A DNA stretch of 64,000 bases, taken from NCBI GenBank assembly GCA_951406725.2, contig OX597832.1, forward strand, positions 31,682,001-31,746,000. The letters run 5' to 3'. Of the stretch, positions 30,223-45,218 are shown piece by piece (the stretch's first letter is position 1; the number at the start of each line of letters is the position of its first letter). This DNA is from Octopus vulgaris. Lineage: Eukaryota. The position numbers and the translations under genes are program-made. A model generated the notes under the pieces. The model saw only the letters and a program-made list of their open reading frames with translations, had not been told where the DNA came from and ran no database searches.

Positions 30223-31190
30223 CATACTTCCATACATACAAACATCCATGCATACATATATGCGTACATTCATAAATACCTCCATACATCCAAACATACA
30301 TTTATATACGGAAACATTCATACATGAATACATTCAGATATTCAAGCGTAATACATGCATATATGCAAGCATTTATGTATGTGTGTATGCGTTTATATGT
30401 ACAAGTATATTCAAATATATACCTATACACACACACACACAAACACATACGCACACAGACATACATGCAGACAGCTAAACAGAGAGAGAGGGAGACAAAC
30501 AGACAGACAGATAGCTAGATAAATAATTGGGTAGAGCAGCGAATAAGCGTTCTATAATGAATAAATAAATAAATAAGTAAATAGACTGAAACTAAATTGA
30601 ATGAAATTTCGAGAGAACTGCTTTATATTTTTGGCACTAATCTCTCATTAAAATACTTTCGTGTTTTGTTTTGGGTCGAAATATTTAAATTAAATCTTGT
30701 TTTGGTTACGTTTAATGTATATATAATAAACACACAGCCATTGTTTTCTTGTTAGCGCTGCTGCTGCTGCTGCTGCTGTTGCTATTACTACGACTTGTAG
30801 TAGTACTAGTAGTAGTATTAGTAGTAGTAAAAGTAGTAGTAGTGTTTATTTTGTTTATGGTAAGTTTAGAAATTCCTGTGGTTAAATGTTGTTAACTCAG
30901 AGAAATAACTAATTGATGCAAGATGACTAAGTTCAGAATGAATTCCAGCGAATAACAACAACAACAACAACAATAACGACATCGACTGAAGTAAAAAAAA
31001 CAACCACAACAACAACAACAACAACATCATCAACAACAACAACAACTGTTGCAGCGATAACTGTGGCTGAGGTAACAAGAGCAGCAATTATAGTAATAAC
31101 AGTGACTAAAACCGAAATTCTAACAGACAAGAACATTAACAAGAAAAATATTAGCCGTGGCAAAATAATGGTTAGAGTCATTATAGTATG

Positions 31191-31773
31191 AGGCGGCGAG
31201 CTGGCAGAATCGTTAGCACGCCGGGCGAAATGCTTAGCGGCATTTCGTCTGTCTTTACGTTCTGAGTTCAAATTCCGCCGAGGTCGACTTTGCCTTTTAT
31301 CCTTTCGGGGTTGATGAATTAAGTACCAGTTGCGTACTGGGATCGATGTAATCGACTTAATCCGTTTGTCTGTCTTTGTTTGTCCTCCCTGTGTTTAGCC
31401 CCTTGTGGGTAGTAAAGAAATAGGTATTTTGTCTGCGTTACGTTCTGAGTTCTAATTCCGCCGAGGTCGACTTTGCCTTTTATCCTTTCGGGGTTGATGA
31501 ATTAAGTACCAGTTGCGTACTGGGATCGATGTAATCGACTTAATCCGTTTGTCTGTCTTTGTTTGTCCTCCCTGTGTTTAGCCCCTTGTGGGTAGTAAAG
31601 AAATAGGTATTTTGTCTGCGTTACGTTCTGAGTTCAAATTTCACCGAGGTCGACTTTACCTTTTATCCTTTCGGGGTTGATGAATTAAGTACCAGTTGCG
31701 TACTGGGATCGATGTAATCGAATGGCTGCCTCCCACAAAATTTCTACCCTTGAGCCTAGAGTAGAAAAGAATA
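31191..31773 (+). mobile_element. SINE family A, full length with three tandem 183-bp internal units
   Basis: TTACGTTCTGAGTTC at 31255, 31438 and 31621; single head, single tail ending CCTAGAGTAGAAAAGAATA. Confidence 0.92.
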
Positions 31774-31929
31774 GTTATCGTAACAACAACAACAACAACA
31801 GTAATATCAACAATAATTGCAACAGCAATTAAGAACAATTGTAGCAGCCAGAGAACCAACGAGAACAGGAGTAGGAGCAACCAGAGCGACAACAGCCATT
31901 AGAGTAATGTCCCCTACCGAAGATGAGAT

Positions 31930-32011
31930 GGTGGAGAGGGATTTGCTGTTGACGTAAACTGTTGGTTCAGCAGGCTTATCATGCTTATGTTTACCGCCAT
32001 TTTCAATAAAA
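31930..32011 (-). repeat. 82-bp perfect inverted duplicate of 34754-34835
   Basis: Base-by-base reverse-complement identity. Confidence 0.95.
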
Positions 32012-32016
32012 TCAGA

Positions 32017-32236
32017 CGGTTGTCAAGCGATGGTGAGTGGAACAAACACACACATATATATCTATATATACGATGGGCTTCTTTCAGTTTCTGTCAGCCA
32101 AATCCACTCACAGGGCTTTGGTCGGCTCGAGGCTATAGTAGAAAGACACTTGCCCAATGTGCCACGCTGTAGGACTGAACCCGGAACCATGTGGTTGGGA
32201 AGCAAGTTTCTTACCACACAGCCGCGCCTGTACCTA
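32017..32236 (-). mobile_element. SINE family B, 3'-truncated
   Basis: Matches copies at 21628 and 61111. Confidence 0.88.
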
Positions 32237-32889
32237 TATAAATATAGTCTTAAAAAGTAATTATCTACCATAGTCTTAAAAAGTAATTTCAATGATATTA
32301 ATATATATTTCCAATAGGATGTCTTCGATTTCTTTCCGAACTTTATTAATCAATTGTCTTACGGAAAATGTAAATTTCATATCGATTTTCTTCCATAGTT
32401 TATCATTTAAACATCTTACGAGTTAAGATTTATGTCTGTAATTTCCTTCCGTAGTTTGAACGTTACATATGTAGACAGAAAGGGTTGTTCCTATTTTCCT
32501 TTGCTTTATTTTGAAGAAGGGACAGGACCCTCCCTTGATGCCCGTCGGGAATGGTGAGATTGATGCTTTTAATGATCCATTTAGCAGACAGCTATTAATC
32601 GCTCCAAATGGGAAATGTTAAGTGATCGATAATTGAAAAAAAAAGTATATTTAAAACCAATAAACAAACAAAAATCTACATTGTTCGCCATCCCCACCCC
32701 CCACCATTAAACAATATCTTTAGTGATGACAACACCACGGCACGAACCACCGCGACGACCACCGCCCGAACACCAACACCACAAGGATAACCCACTAACA
32801 AAACTACTACCATCACCCCCCCCCACCACCACCATTAACGTTAACTACAAAACAGCACTATCAGCATTCTCCTCGTGACCAAGCCGTCC

Positions 32890-32924
32890 AGCCAATGTCT
32901 TCACCAATCGCAGCCGCCATTTTT
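32890..32924. promoter_or_regulatory. Two CCAAT boxes plus a YY1-type motif GCCGCCATTTT
   Basis: CCAAT at 32892 and 32904; GCCGCCATTTT at 32913-32923; motif match only. Confidence 0.35.
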
Positions 32925-33871
32925 ATGATCCCAGAATCTAGAAAAGCAATTGTGTTTTCAGATGCTTTGCCAAAACTTGTCTTCTTTTCTTTTCATTTAT
33001 TTTGTATGTACGTGTGTACGAGAGGGTGTATATGCTTGTGTGTGTGTGTGTGTTTATATATGAGAGTATGTATAAGTACTTTGTATACATATGTATATAC
33101 GCTTGCATCTTTGTATGTGTTTCTGTATGACAGCTTGCAGGTTTCTTTATATACACGCAAACATATGCATATATAGGTGTACGTAGATATGTATATAATG
33201 CATGTATATATTGATGTATGAGTGTAAGCGATGTGTATATATATATAAGTGCATACATATGTATACATATATATATATACACATAAATAGATGGACTTAT
33301 GTGTATGTAAATGCGTATGTTTGTATATATGCCTTAATTTCTGTATATGTCCGCCTTACAATAAACACAGCGTGTGTGTGTTTATGTATGTATGTATGTA
33401 TGTATATATATGTACATATATATACACACATACTTTATTAATAAAGCTGCAAAGACATCACAAAAACCTTGATATATATGTATACATACACACATATATA
33501 TGTATATATGTGTGTGTGTGCACATATATATATATATATGTATAAACATATAAACATACATATATACACGCACATACGTACATACACATGCACTCCGACC
33601 GACAACATATACGTATATATATAAGCATATATGCATATATGTATGTGCAGGTACGTGTGTATGTATGTATATGTGTGTATGTATTTACATATGTATTATA
33701 CATGCTTGACGTAGACATGTGTGAATGCTTGCTTATATTCAAAACATAAATGTCTGTATATATACACATTAATAGATTTCTGTACTTATGTTTATATAAA
33801 AGTATGTATTTAAGAAGATTGAGGTGCAGGCGGGTATACATACATATATATATATATATATATACACATAC

Positions 33872-33904
<33 letters not shown>

Positions 33905-34196
33905 CGTGTGTGTGAATAAACGGGTATAAATGTATCTTTGTGCTTCTGTAGGAGGGATTTGACTTAGGTTTATGCGTTTCTGTTTATTGTTCATTCTCAC
34001 AGTTATCAGCCGACACATACACTCACACGCACTCACACATCTGCGTAAACTATATATGTACATGGACACGTATATGTGTATGCATATGTATGTGTGTATG
34101 TATGTATATATGTAGAGATGGATACGTATAGATGCGTACGCATATCTATACATATATGTATATATATGTTTGTATATATATGTATATATGTATATG

Positions 34197-34254
<58 letters not shown>

Positions 34255-34412
34255 TAAATATATATGTGTGCGTCTTATACGGGTATATATAGATCGTGGC
34301 ATGTGTTTGAGTGCTTTTGTGTGTGTAATCGCGTGTCATTTTATGCAAGTATTTATGTCTGTATACGTGTATGTATGAAATTTAGGTGCGTATGGATTTA
34401 TGTGTATTCATC

Positions 34413-34447
<35 letters not shown>

Positions 34448-34517
34448 ATATATATATATATAGAAGTTAATGTATATATATTTATATATATATACGTTTA
34501 TATATATACACACACAC

Positions 34518-34552
<35 letters not shown>

Positions 34553-34689
34553 TATAAAGAAGGAGAGATTGAGAAAGAGTGAGAAAGAGAGATTAAGAGA
34601 AAGAGAGAGGGAGAGAAAGAAGGAGTGAATGGCTGATTGAGAGTAGAAGGGAATCAAGAAAAAGAAATGTGCCCTCGCTGAACTCAATG

Positions 34690-34835
34690 CATATAAAACA
34701 GAGCAATATTGTAAATGAGAAAAAATGGTTGCCAATCATAAAAAATGCTCTATTTTTATTGAAAATGGCGGTAAACATAAGCATGATAAGCCTGCTGAAC
34801 CAACAGTTTACGTCAACAGCAAATCCCTCTCCACC
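34690..34835 (+). promoter_or_regulatory. Promoter-like cluster (TATAAAA, CCAAT, AAAATGGCGG, TTACGTCA), includes right arm of the 82-bp inverted duplication
   Basis: TATAAAA 34692, CCAAT 34732, YY1-type 34762-34771, CRE-like 34808-34815; motif match only. Confidence 0.35.
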
Positions 34836-35165
34836 CTCCCCACCCCACCCCCTGGCTTATTTACCGCCCTTCGCTTTCTCTTTCTACTTTACCTCCATCC
34901 TATCTTACATCTCTTCGTTTTTTCTACTCACCAAGAAGTGCGATGTGTACTTCAGGACGCCATATTGTTGAGAATTCATCTTCCTGTACATACATCAATT
35001 TCTTTATCAATTTTTATCCTAAACGTCCCTATTTGTTGTTGTTGTTGTTGCTGTTGTTCTTGTTCTTGTTCTTGTTCTTGTTCTTCTTCTTCTTCTTCTT
35101 CTTCTTCTTCTTCTTCTTCTTCTTCTTCTTCTTTTCCTTAATTTCTTTTACCCTTACAAACTTCA

Positions 35166-35233
<68 letters not shown>

Positions 35234-35500
35234 GTGTCTAAATGTTTATCTCTGTATATATATATATATGTATATATATATATGTATTTATGTATGTACG
35301 GCAGTCTTACACGCATTCATTCTCTCTCTCTCTCTCTCCCTCGCTCTCTCCATTTCTTATTTACACTTACTGCAGACCATTAGCATAATTTTAACTGTCT
35401 TCTTCTTCTTCTTCTTCTTCTTCTTCTTCTTCTTCTTCTTCTTCTTCTTCTTCTTCTTCTTCTTCTTCTCCCCCTCCTCCTCCTCAGCATCATCATCATC

Positions 35501-35655
35501 AAGGCGGTGAGATGGCAGAATCGTTAGCACGTTGGGCAAAATGCTTAGCGTCATTTAGTTCATCCTTACGTTTTGAGTTCAAATTCCGCCGAGGTCGACT
35601 TTGCCTTTCCTCCTTTCAGGGTCCATAAAATACGAGAAAGCACCAGTTGAGCTCT
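35501..35655 (+). mobile_element. SINE family A monomer, 3'-truncated
   Basis: AAGGCGGTGAGATGGCAGAATCGTTAGCACG..GAGTTCAAATTCCGCCGAGGTCGACTTTGCCTTT. Confidence 0.85.
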
Positions 35656-35980
35656 GTTAGATTTTAGGAGTGTTGATGCCTTGCAGTACACTGCAGTGTT
35701 TTAATAACATGGCACTTAGATACGCTATCACGCTCGTCAAAAACGCATCCGACACCAGGTGGGGCTACGACCTGTCAATCTAGAAGTTCCCTTCTGTTTG
35801 TTTATTTAAGCGCGTCCACCATCCATCACCGGTTTGATAGGCCTGTCACATCCTCACCATATTACACGTTTTTGCCACCTGAATGAACGAGAGCAACATC
35901 AAATAAAATCGTTTGATCGAGAACACAACGCGTCGCCCGATCCATGAACCGAAACCACAAGAGTACAACAGCCTAACCTA

Positions 35981-36367
35981 ATAGGAGCACTCCGTCGGTT
36001 GCGACGATGAGGGTCCCAGCTGATACGATCAATGGAACAGCTTGCTCGTGATATTAACGTGCAAGTGGCTGAGCACTCCACAGATACGTGTACCCTTAAC
36101 GTAGTTCTCGAGGAGATTCAGCGTGACACACAGAATGTGACAAGACTGGCCCCTTTGAAATACATGTACAAGAGAAACAGGAAGAAAGAGCGAGAGAAAG
36201 TTGTGGTGAAAGAGTACAGCAGGGTTCACCACCACCCCCCTGCCGGAGCCTCGTGGAGCTTTAGGTGTTTTCGCTCAATAAACACTCACAATGCCCGGTG
36301 TGGGAATCGAAACCGCGATCCTCCGACCGCGAGTCCGCTGCTCTAACCACTGGGCCATTGCGCCTCC
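35981..36367 (-). mobile_element. SINE family C, full length, tail type E
   Basis: tRNA(Arg, TCG)-like head GGAGGCGCAATGGCCCAGTGGTTAGAGCAGCGGACTCGCGG..GGTTTCGATTCCC; tail shared with 61505-61620. Confidence 0.88.
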
Positions 36368-36479
36368 ACGACAACATCCTAACCAGCAAGCGACGCGCTT
36401 CCGCACTACTACGTCAGTGATAACTAAAATATAATATTATATATTTCAAGAGTGTTTATGAGATTTATAAAGTAGAGTA

Positions 36480-38180
36480 ACTGCGTGCCTTGGTTTACTT
36501 TAGGAATGAGTTGTGTTGTAGAGATGTTACACAATATAGAAGCGGTTGTACAAATGTATTAATGTAGAGTGATTGCATTTTCACAATACAATGTGTTATG
36601 GGAATAAAATGCAATGTAGACTAACGAAGTGTAGTTCTATTGTGACATGAAAATGTTTTGCTGTAGAAACTTTATACAGAGCAGAAGAGAGAGCCAAGAT
36701 TAAGCCTTTAGCATTTAAACCGGCCAAATCAGGTGCAAATATTCAACCTGTTATTATGCTGAAGCCAGCTTGATCTGGCCTCTTACATCTAACCGACAAT
36801 GCTATGCTAAAAAGAAATAATCGCATCCTCGAAATCTCAAAGCTATGAGATAATACAGGATTAATTGAAAACAATGTAAAATAAAGAAGCATAACATTTG
36901 ACAGTTTAATCTGAATGCTTAAAGTGTTCAAAGAAGGGAAACTAGAATCTTATATAATGCAGTGTTGCGTTAAACAAGTTGGGGGAATAAAGTGTAGCGT
37001 TGTAGAAATGTAGTGTAATTTAGAGCAGTGTAGTGTGTAAGACGTAAGTGTAGAGCAACAGTGTTGTGAGATTAAAGTGTTATGTAGAAGTGGGGTACAA
37101 TGTAGAATACCGTTCTTTGTGAGATTAGAATGCAGCAATTAGTATTCGGGGTGGGGGATTAAAATGTTATGTGTAGAAGCGTAGTGTAATGTTCTTTAGC
37201 GTAATACAGTGTTATGTAATGTATAGCTTGTCGTGCAGTATACGTGTAGGCAGTGTAAGGTAGTGAAAAGTAGTCAAGTGTAATTAATGGCAGGGAAGTG
37301 TAGTCGTTTGTAGTGTGGTGAAGTGTAGTTGATGAAGTTTGGTGTAGTGTATTGTGTATTGCAGTGTTATGTTCTCTGCTGCAATGAATGATGTAGTATA
37401 AGAGGCATATCTGAGTGTGGTGTAGTGTAAGAGAGTGTAGTGTAACGCAGTGCAGTGTGTTTATGTAATGAAGTTTATCGTTGTGTGGTTTGAAGAAGAG
37501 TAGTACTGTGCAGTGAACTGTTGCGCAGCGTTGTAAAACGCAATATAATGTAGTGTAGTGTTGTGTAGAGTAATACAGTGTAGCACCAAGTAGTGTAGTA
37601 TAAGACAATGTAGAAATGTAGTGCAGTGTAGTCTGGTGCAACGTAATGTAATCCCCTTTAGTTGAAAGTCGTTTTATTATATGACGTAATATGGTAATAT
37701 TGTGTGACATTGTGTAATATGGTTTGGTGTGCTTTAAGTGGTGTGGAGCAAAATAGTGTTGTAAAGCGCAATATAGATCTCAAATTTTGTCATAGGGCCA
37801 ACAATTTCCTGAAAGGAGCTAATCAATTACATCGATACCAGTGATTTTGTCCGGGGCGTTAACGATTCTACCAGCTCGTCGACTTCGTGAAGAGTAATAT
37901 TCAGTGGAGCAGTGTAGTGTTGTATATTGTAATGTTTATTTGATTCACTCAATGTTTGTTACGTAATGAAATGTAGTTTAACTAATACTACACAATACAG
38001 TGTCGAGTAACTTTAATGATATTGTCGTGTGGTGGTCTTGTGTTACGGCAACGAGTGCGGTGAAGGGTAACGCATTACAGTGTGATGAGGCGTAGCATAA
38101 TCTATCGTAACGTTTTCGCTTCTATATAACATGATATAATAGGTAAATAATGTTATATAATGCCGTGCAGTGTAATACAT
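36480..38180. repeat. Ancient degenerate (GTGTA/TAGTG)n pentanucleotide array
   Basis: Recurrent TAGTG, GTGTA and CAGTG in approximately 5-bp register. Confidence 0.7.
36704..36926. mobile_element. piggyBac-type MITE, degenerate
   Basis: TTAA-GCCTTTAGCATT ... AATGCTTAAAGTG-TTCA: imperfect TIRs and TTAA-like flanks, about 220 bp, interrupting the pentamer array. Confidence 0.55.
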
Positions 38181-38378
38181 TAGATTATTGTGAGCTCTAA
38201 AGTTGTGTGTGTGTATAACAGTCTCACGAATTCCAATCTTTAGATCTGACGCTGGTGCGACGCGAACTGGTCAACGGTGTTTCTTCAGATATTTGTCGAC
38301 TCTGCTTCCGTTCTCAGATGTAATCCTATGGCAGCGCCGAATAAGCACCGTAAACACACACATACAAACACACACACT

Positions 38379-38417
<39 letters not shown>

Positions 38418-39887
38418 GTATATATATACATTCACAGACCCCGCATACACACACACATACACGCACGCACCTTCCCCACAAACACAGACACATTCTAAAA
38501 CGTGTGTATTCATATGCATGCTGATACCCCCCCCCACACACACATACAACCACACACACACACACACAAACACACACACATATATAACCAGGCACTTGTG
38601 CACACAGTCACTCTTTTACACAGGCTGCAACATCTACTGGTACATACACATACACATCACAACACACAAATACTACACATATTCTCCAGACTACACACGC
38701 ATACACATATTATATCAGGCCTAGATACACACACATACAGCACAATACGCAATCCCTATATACATTCTATGTCACACGATCACACACTCACACATATACG
38801 CACACACGCACAAGCTACACAAGTATAAACACGCATAGTTCGCAACACACATTCTACACACGACACGTGACATACACTACCAACACGCATCACACAAGCA
38901 TCTCAGGTAACACCACGCAACACTGGATCATACACAAACAGGCACCGCCACACACGCCATGAGCCTCTACACACCAAAGTCCCATATAAAAACATATACT
39001 CACATATTGATATACACACACATACCATCATACACGTGATACACATGTACACACCTCAGCCACCTACAAAAGCACATATACATACATTAATACAGAGCCA
39101 TACACACACAACCTTAGGTAATTAGATGCATACACGTACAGACACAGAAACAGGCGTAAAGACAATGCATAACACATACACACACGGCATATCCTTGCAT
39201 GCCAAAACATCATCTACAAACAGGCGATATAAACACATGCACACGAAAGCAAGTTAATACATCCATACATACACACATCGCATATGTACAAAATATACTT
39301 ACATACATATATATTACATGCGCATATAAACACACACACACAAATCACGTATAAACATGAGCAATTGAATATGCGCAGATATACGAAGACACACACACAC
39401 AGAAATACGTTTATAGATTCGCAGTCACAAACACACATAGGAATGATGGCAGCTACGGAAGGATTGCTGTGCTCATTAACCGGAAGCGGTTGGTTTGCGT
39501 GACATAACCCATAATGCATTAGTCATTGGAATGCTCTGCAATTCATCATGTTATTCGATACTTTTCCAATCCTTTTGGTCCTAGCAGCAAGAATTCGCTG
39601 GATAACAACATCCGTACGCAGAAACACACACACACACACGAATTCATATACAGTGTATGTGTGCATATATATGTACATATACATATATGTGTATACTTAT
39701 GTATGTATGTATGTATGTATGTATATGTACACACACATATACATATATACACGTCTATATATATATGTATATATATATACTTATATATAAAAACACACAT
39801 TCACATACACTTACACACACACACGCTCATACACATTTATATATATATATGTATATGCATATTAGTATATATATATATGTATATATA

Positions 39888-40015
<128 letters not shown>

Positions 40016-40115
40016 ATACATACTTATATACATGCATACTCAGCTAAACCAAACACATTGAATATGCATGAATAGGCAAAAGGAACACATGTAACTCACG
40101 CAAACATGGACGCTG

Positions 40116-40161
<46 letters not shown>

Positions 40162-40563
40162 GTATGTACGTATGTGTGTCTATGCAACATAAGTGGAGAT
40201 GTTTATACATGCAAATTCCCATGCCTATACAAGCACATACACAATTGGTCTCTTTCTCTCTCTCCCCCACACCCACACACACAGATATAAATACATGCGT
40301 AAATATTTACATAAATACATACACAGATACCCAGGAGTGCGTACGTGTATGCGCGTGTGTGTGTGTGTGTGTGATTGTGTGTGTGTGTGTGTGGAAAAGA
40401 AGTGTTCGTGTTCGCTTACTACACAAGTATTTGTATAGCGTTTGGAAAAAGACATTATGATATATATATATATTTATGATATAGCCACGGCAACGCACAT
40501 GTTGAACATAGTGTATGTGTGGTGTGTGTTAAATATGATAAAGATCAATGCAATCATGAAGAG

Positions 40564-40598
<35 letters not shown>

Positions 40599-40952
40599 AT
40601 ATATATATGTGTGTGTGTGTATGTATGTATGTATGTATGTATGTATGTATGTATGTATGTGTGTATGTGTGTGTGTGTGTGCATTATTGAAAGTGAATTC
40701 GTATTGGAATATATATTAAATATATGTTTTAAATTACAAACTTATAAATTCTCATGATGTCCACCACACAAATTTGTATGGTTTGAATAAAGTTCCTAAA
40801 ATGAATTTTTACATTCAGAACTGTGCTTTGACTCAGTGGTAAAAAACCTGGCATGTTTACAGCAGATGTGAGTTCGAGTCGAACAGGCAGCTTTTGGTTT
40901 CCTCTCTTTGGATGTTATTTTTTTTTCATAAACCTAATATTTAGTCGCGATT

Positions 40953-41346
40953 AAGGCGGTGAGCTGGCTGAACCATTAGGACGCTGGGCGAAATGCTCAG
41001 CGGCATTTCGTCTGCTGTTACGTTCTGAGTTCCCATTCCTCCGATGTCGACTTTGCCTTTCATCCTTTCGGGGTCGATAAATTAAGTACCAGTTACGCAC
41101 TGGGGTCGATATAATCGACTTAATCCGTCTGTTTGTCCTTTTTTGTCTTCTGTGTTTAGCCCCTAGTGGGTAGTAAAGAAATAGGTATTTCGTCTGCCGT
41201 AACGTTCTGAGTTCAAATTCCGCCGAGGTCGAATTTTATCCTTTCGGGGTTGATTAAATAAGTTCCACTTACGCACTGGGATCGATGTAATCGACTTAAT
41301 CCCTTTGTCTGTCTTTGTTTGTCTCCTCTGTGTTTAGCCCGCTGTG

Positions 41347-41348
<2 letters not shown>
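40953..41348 (+). mobile_element. SINE family A, two tandem internal units, tail absent
   Basis: Head plus two core-linker units homologous to the 183-bp unit at 31255. Confidence 0.88.
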
Positions 41349-41405
<57 letters not shown>

Positions 41406-41785
41406 TTACTATTATGTTAAACTGCCGTATGCCAAATTGCGCCAAATGCGTTTTTTTTTTCCACTATTTAATTTTGCTCGCAATAGCCGGGTCTGTTGGT
41501 CACTCTGTCGTATCTCGAGCTGCTTCAGATGCCAAGATATCAAAAACTGTCAAAGTGAAGCACAATGGTTTTAGCATTTATCAAAAGTGTAGTAAGTCCC
41601 ACATACGACAGTTTTGCAACAATATTTCAGACTGAAAATATCAAACACGTTTGGAGTTGCGATTTTATGCTCCCAACAAAAGTATCAGAGTTAAGCTGAA
41701 ACTGTAAAAAGAAATGGAATGGTGAAACTAGTTTTTCGTTTTCTGAAAAAGAAACGTTTTGGACTTCAAATTTGCATAATAGCAA

Positions 41786-41855
<70 letters not shown>

Positions 41856-42368
41856 GTGTATGTATGTGTGTGTGTGTGTGTGTGTGTGTGATTATATGTA
41901 CATTATCACACACTTTACACGATTAGTAGATATATATACTTTCTCCTTCATTATGCAAAGACCCAGATGCATCGATACGTAATAGAACCATCCATGCGTA
42001 CATATACATACATACATACATACACACACAACAGACACACACATATATATATATAGAGAGAGAGAGGGGGAGAGAGAGATTTACACTTAGACACATGCAT
42101 AAATAATCGTATATATATATATGCTTCCACATACACACACATAGATGCAGTCTCAAATCATATATCCACCCTTAAGTCACACAACGCGACTTTTATAGCT
42201 CTTACGATTCGAGACCCGGTGATTTCTTTACACCTATTTCACTCTCCCTCCCACCCTCACTCTGCACACACACGCTCCTCCCACTACCACACATACATAC
42301 ACACACACACATGTATACATATACATGTACAGAAAGAGAGATACATATATGCACAGTTATTTTATATG

Positions 42369-42407
<39 letters not shown>

Positions 42408-42591
42408 TTATATGAATATATAGATATATTGGAATGTTGTATATATGTGTACATCTACATACATGCATACACACACGCACACAAACACACAAGCATATAT
42501 ATATATTTATATATATATATATGTGAATATTTTATATATGTATATACATATATGTGTGTATATATATATATATATACACATACATGTATAC

Positions 42592-42659
<68 letters not shown>

Positions 42660-43143
42660 ATGTACACCTCTGCATATGCCTATAATATCTCCCTCGCCTC
42701 TCTCCCCCGCTCCGTCTGAATTCTCTGGAGTCAAACCTTTAATTAAACCGTCCTACCTCACAGTTTATTGGGGAATATATCAAAGACCAACTTTCTCGAC
42801 GCAAAGCAGAAGGAGGGGGCGCGAGGGTGGGGGATGGACTCTCTGTTCATGTTTTCTCTTTGAACTTCTGCTGTTGGCGGGGGAGGAGGGGGGAATCACT
42901 CTCTCCTTCTCAGCATTTTCCTTCCTTTTTTCTTTCCTCTCTTCTCAGTTGCTTTTTATCTTTCTTTCTTTCTTTCTTTCTTCTCGTTCGTTATCTCACA
43001 TTCATTATGTCTTACTCTGTATTATCACTTTCCTTCTCTCTCTTCTTTTCTTCCTTTCTTTCATTGTCTCTCTGTCTTTCTTTCTCTCTCACTAAATATA
43101 TACGCACATGTCCGTGTGTTTTTGAGCACGCACACATACATAC

Positions 43144-43205
<62 letters not shown>

Positions 43206-43239
43206 ATATATATATGTTTATATATGTATATATATATAT

Positions 43240-43277
<38 letters not shown>

Positions 43278-43415
43278 GCATACATATATATACACGTGTG
43301 CGTGTGTGCACACGCATATGCACATATACACACGTACATACATACATGCATATATATAACTTTAAACATATCTATACATATATGTGCATACATAAAAATA
43401 TCTATGTGTATTTAC

Positions 43416-43462
<47 letters not shown>

Positions 43463-43851
43463 CATATATACATATATACATACATATATACATATATAGA
43501 TACATATATACATATATACATACATATATACATATATATATACATATATACATATATACATACATATATACATATATAGATACATATATACATATATACA
43601 TACTCACACATACAGAGACATGCATACATGAACACGCACACACACACACACACACACATACATCGAGAGAAGCACGGACCTGCATGCTAGGCTTTGCATA
43701 CATAAAACTCCGCGTTACGTATTTTATGCCCCCATAGAATAGAGAAATGTCTCTTTTACGTGTCACATTGCGTCCGCCGTTTATGTATGTTCCCTGCGTG
43801 AGCCTTTGCTGCGTTATATATCTCTACATATTTGCATATACGTGTATCTCT

Positions 43852-43897
<46 letters not shown>

Positions 43898-44032
43898 GTG
43901 TCTCTGTGTGTGTTTATTATGAGTCCTGTGTGGAATATATCACGAGGAGTGTAGAAGTGCAACAGTTACGTAAATGGTGAAGATATCGAGTTTACTTGTA
44001 GAATTTGTTGTATGGAAGCAACAGGGGAGCTC

Positions 44033-44200
44033 ATTCTTTTCTACTCCAAGCACAAGGTCCGAAAGTTTTTGTTGGGGGGAGCCAGCCGATTAGATCGACC
44101 CCAGCACGCAACTGGTACTTAATTTATCGACCCCGAAAGGAAGAAAGGCAAAGTCGACCTCTGCAGAATTTGAACTCAGAACGTAGCGGCAGACGAAATA
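44033..44200 (-). mobile_element. SINE family A, 5'-truncated
   Basis: Core and tail match other copies. Confidence 0.85.
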
Positions 44201-44390
44201 TGATGTGGGGGGGGGACATCTTCGGTGTTAACTCCACATATATGTATGTATGTATATATGTATGTATGTATGTAAGCATGTATGTATGTGTATATCTCTG
44301 TCTCTGTGTGTCTCACTCTCTCTCTCTCTCCACACACACACAAACACACACACACACGCACACATACATATATATAGATATATATATATA

Positions 44391-44648
<258 letters not shown>

Positions 44649-45168
44649 GTATATATGTGTCTCCGTCCAGTAGTGTGGGTGGATGTCTGTTTCAGTATTT
44701 ATATTTGCGCTACTAAAAATCCGGTGACCCTTTACAGAGCCGCCATGACAGGCGAAGGAGAAGCGGTGGTAAGGACCCTCAAATCAGAATTATGGCCCCA
44801 ATATTTTCAGCGTTGGGAATCTCGCTAATGTTACCCTGAATACCAGTGGTGGGGTTCAAATAAATGATGGTCTGAAACTACCATCCAAGTTGACCCTGTT
44901 GGGATTTGAACTCAAAACTCAAATTGATTGAAGAAATACCACAAAGCATCCGGACAGATGCTTTTGGCTGTTATGCCAATCCATCGCCCTGGATTTTCAC
45001 AATGTTTAACATCCACGAATGGCTGGAAGAGAAAGGTGACTTCGCCGGGGTTGGAACTTAAAGCGTGACGAGTCGGAAGAAATAAAGCGAGATATTTTGT
45101 CGGGTCACTCAGACGACAATTGCATGACGTAGAAAGAGACATCCAGAAGAATAGATAGATAGAGAGAG

Positions 45169-45218
<50 letters not shown>

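Noticed and set aside
31255-31720. CRISPR-like regular repeats
   Set aside because: Whole 183-bp units are repeated with no unique spacers; eukaryotic SINE context and no cas genes
37159-37710. 183-aa His/Thr/Leu/Tyr-rich ORF
   Set aside because: Product of the degenerate pentanucleotide array
40825-40892. tRNA-like A and B boxes, and SINE heads generally, as tRNA genes
   Set aside because: No complete cloverleaf or acceptor stem; treated as SINE-derived
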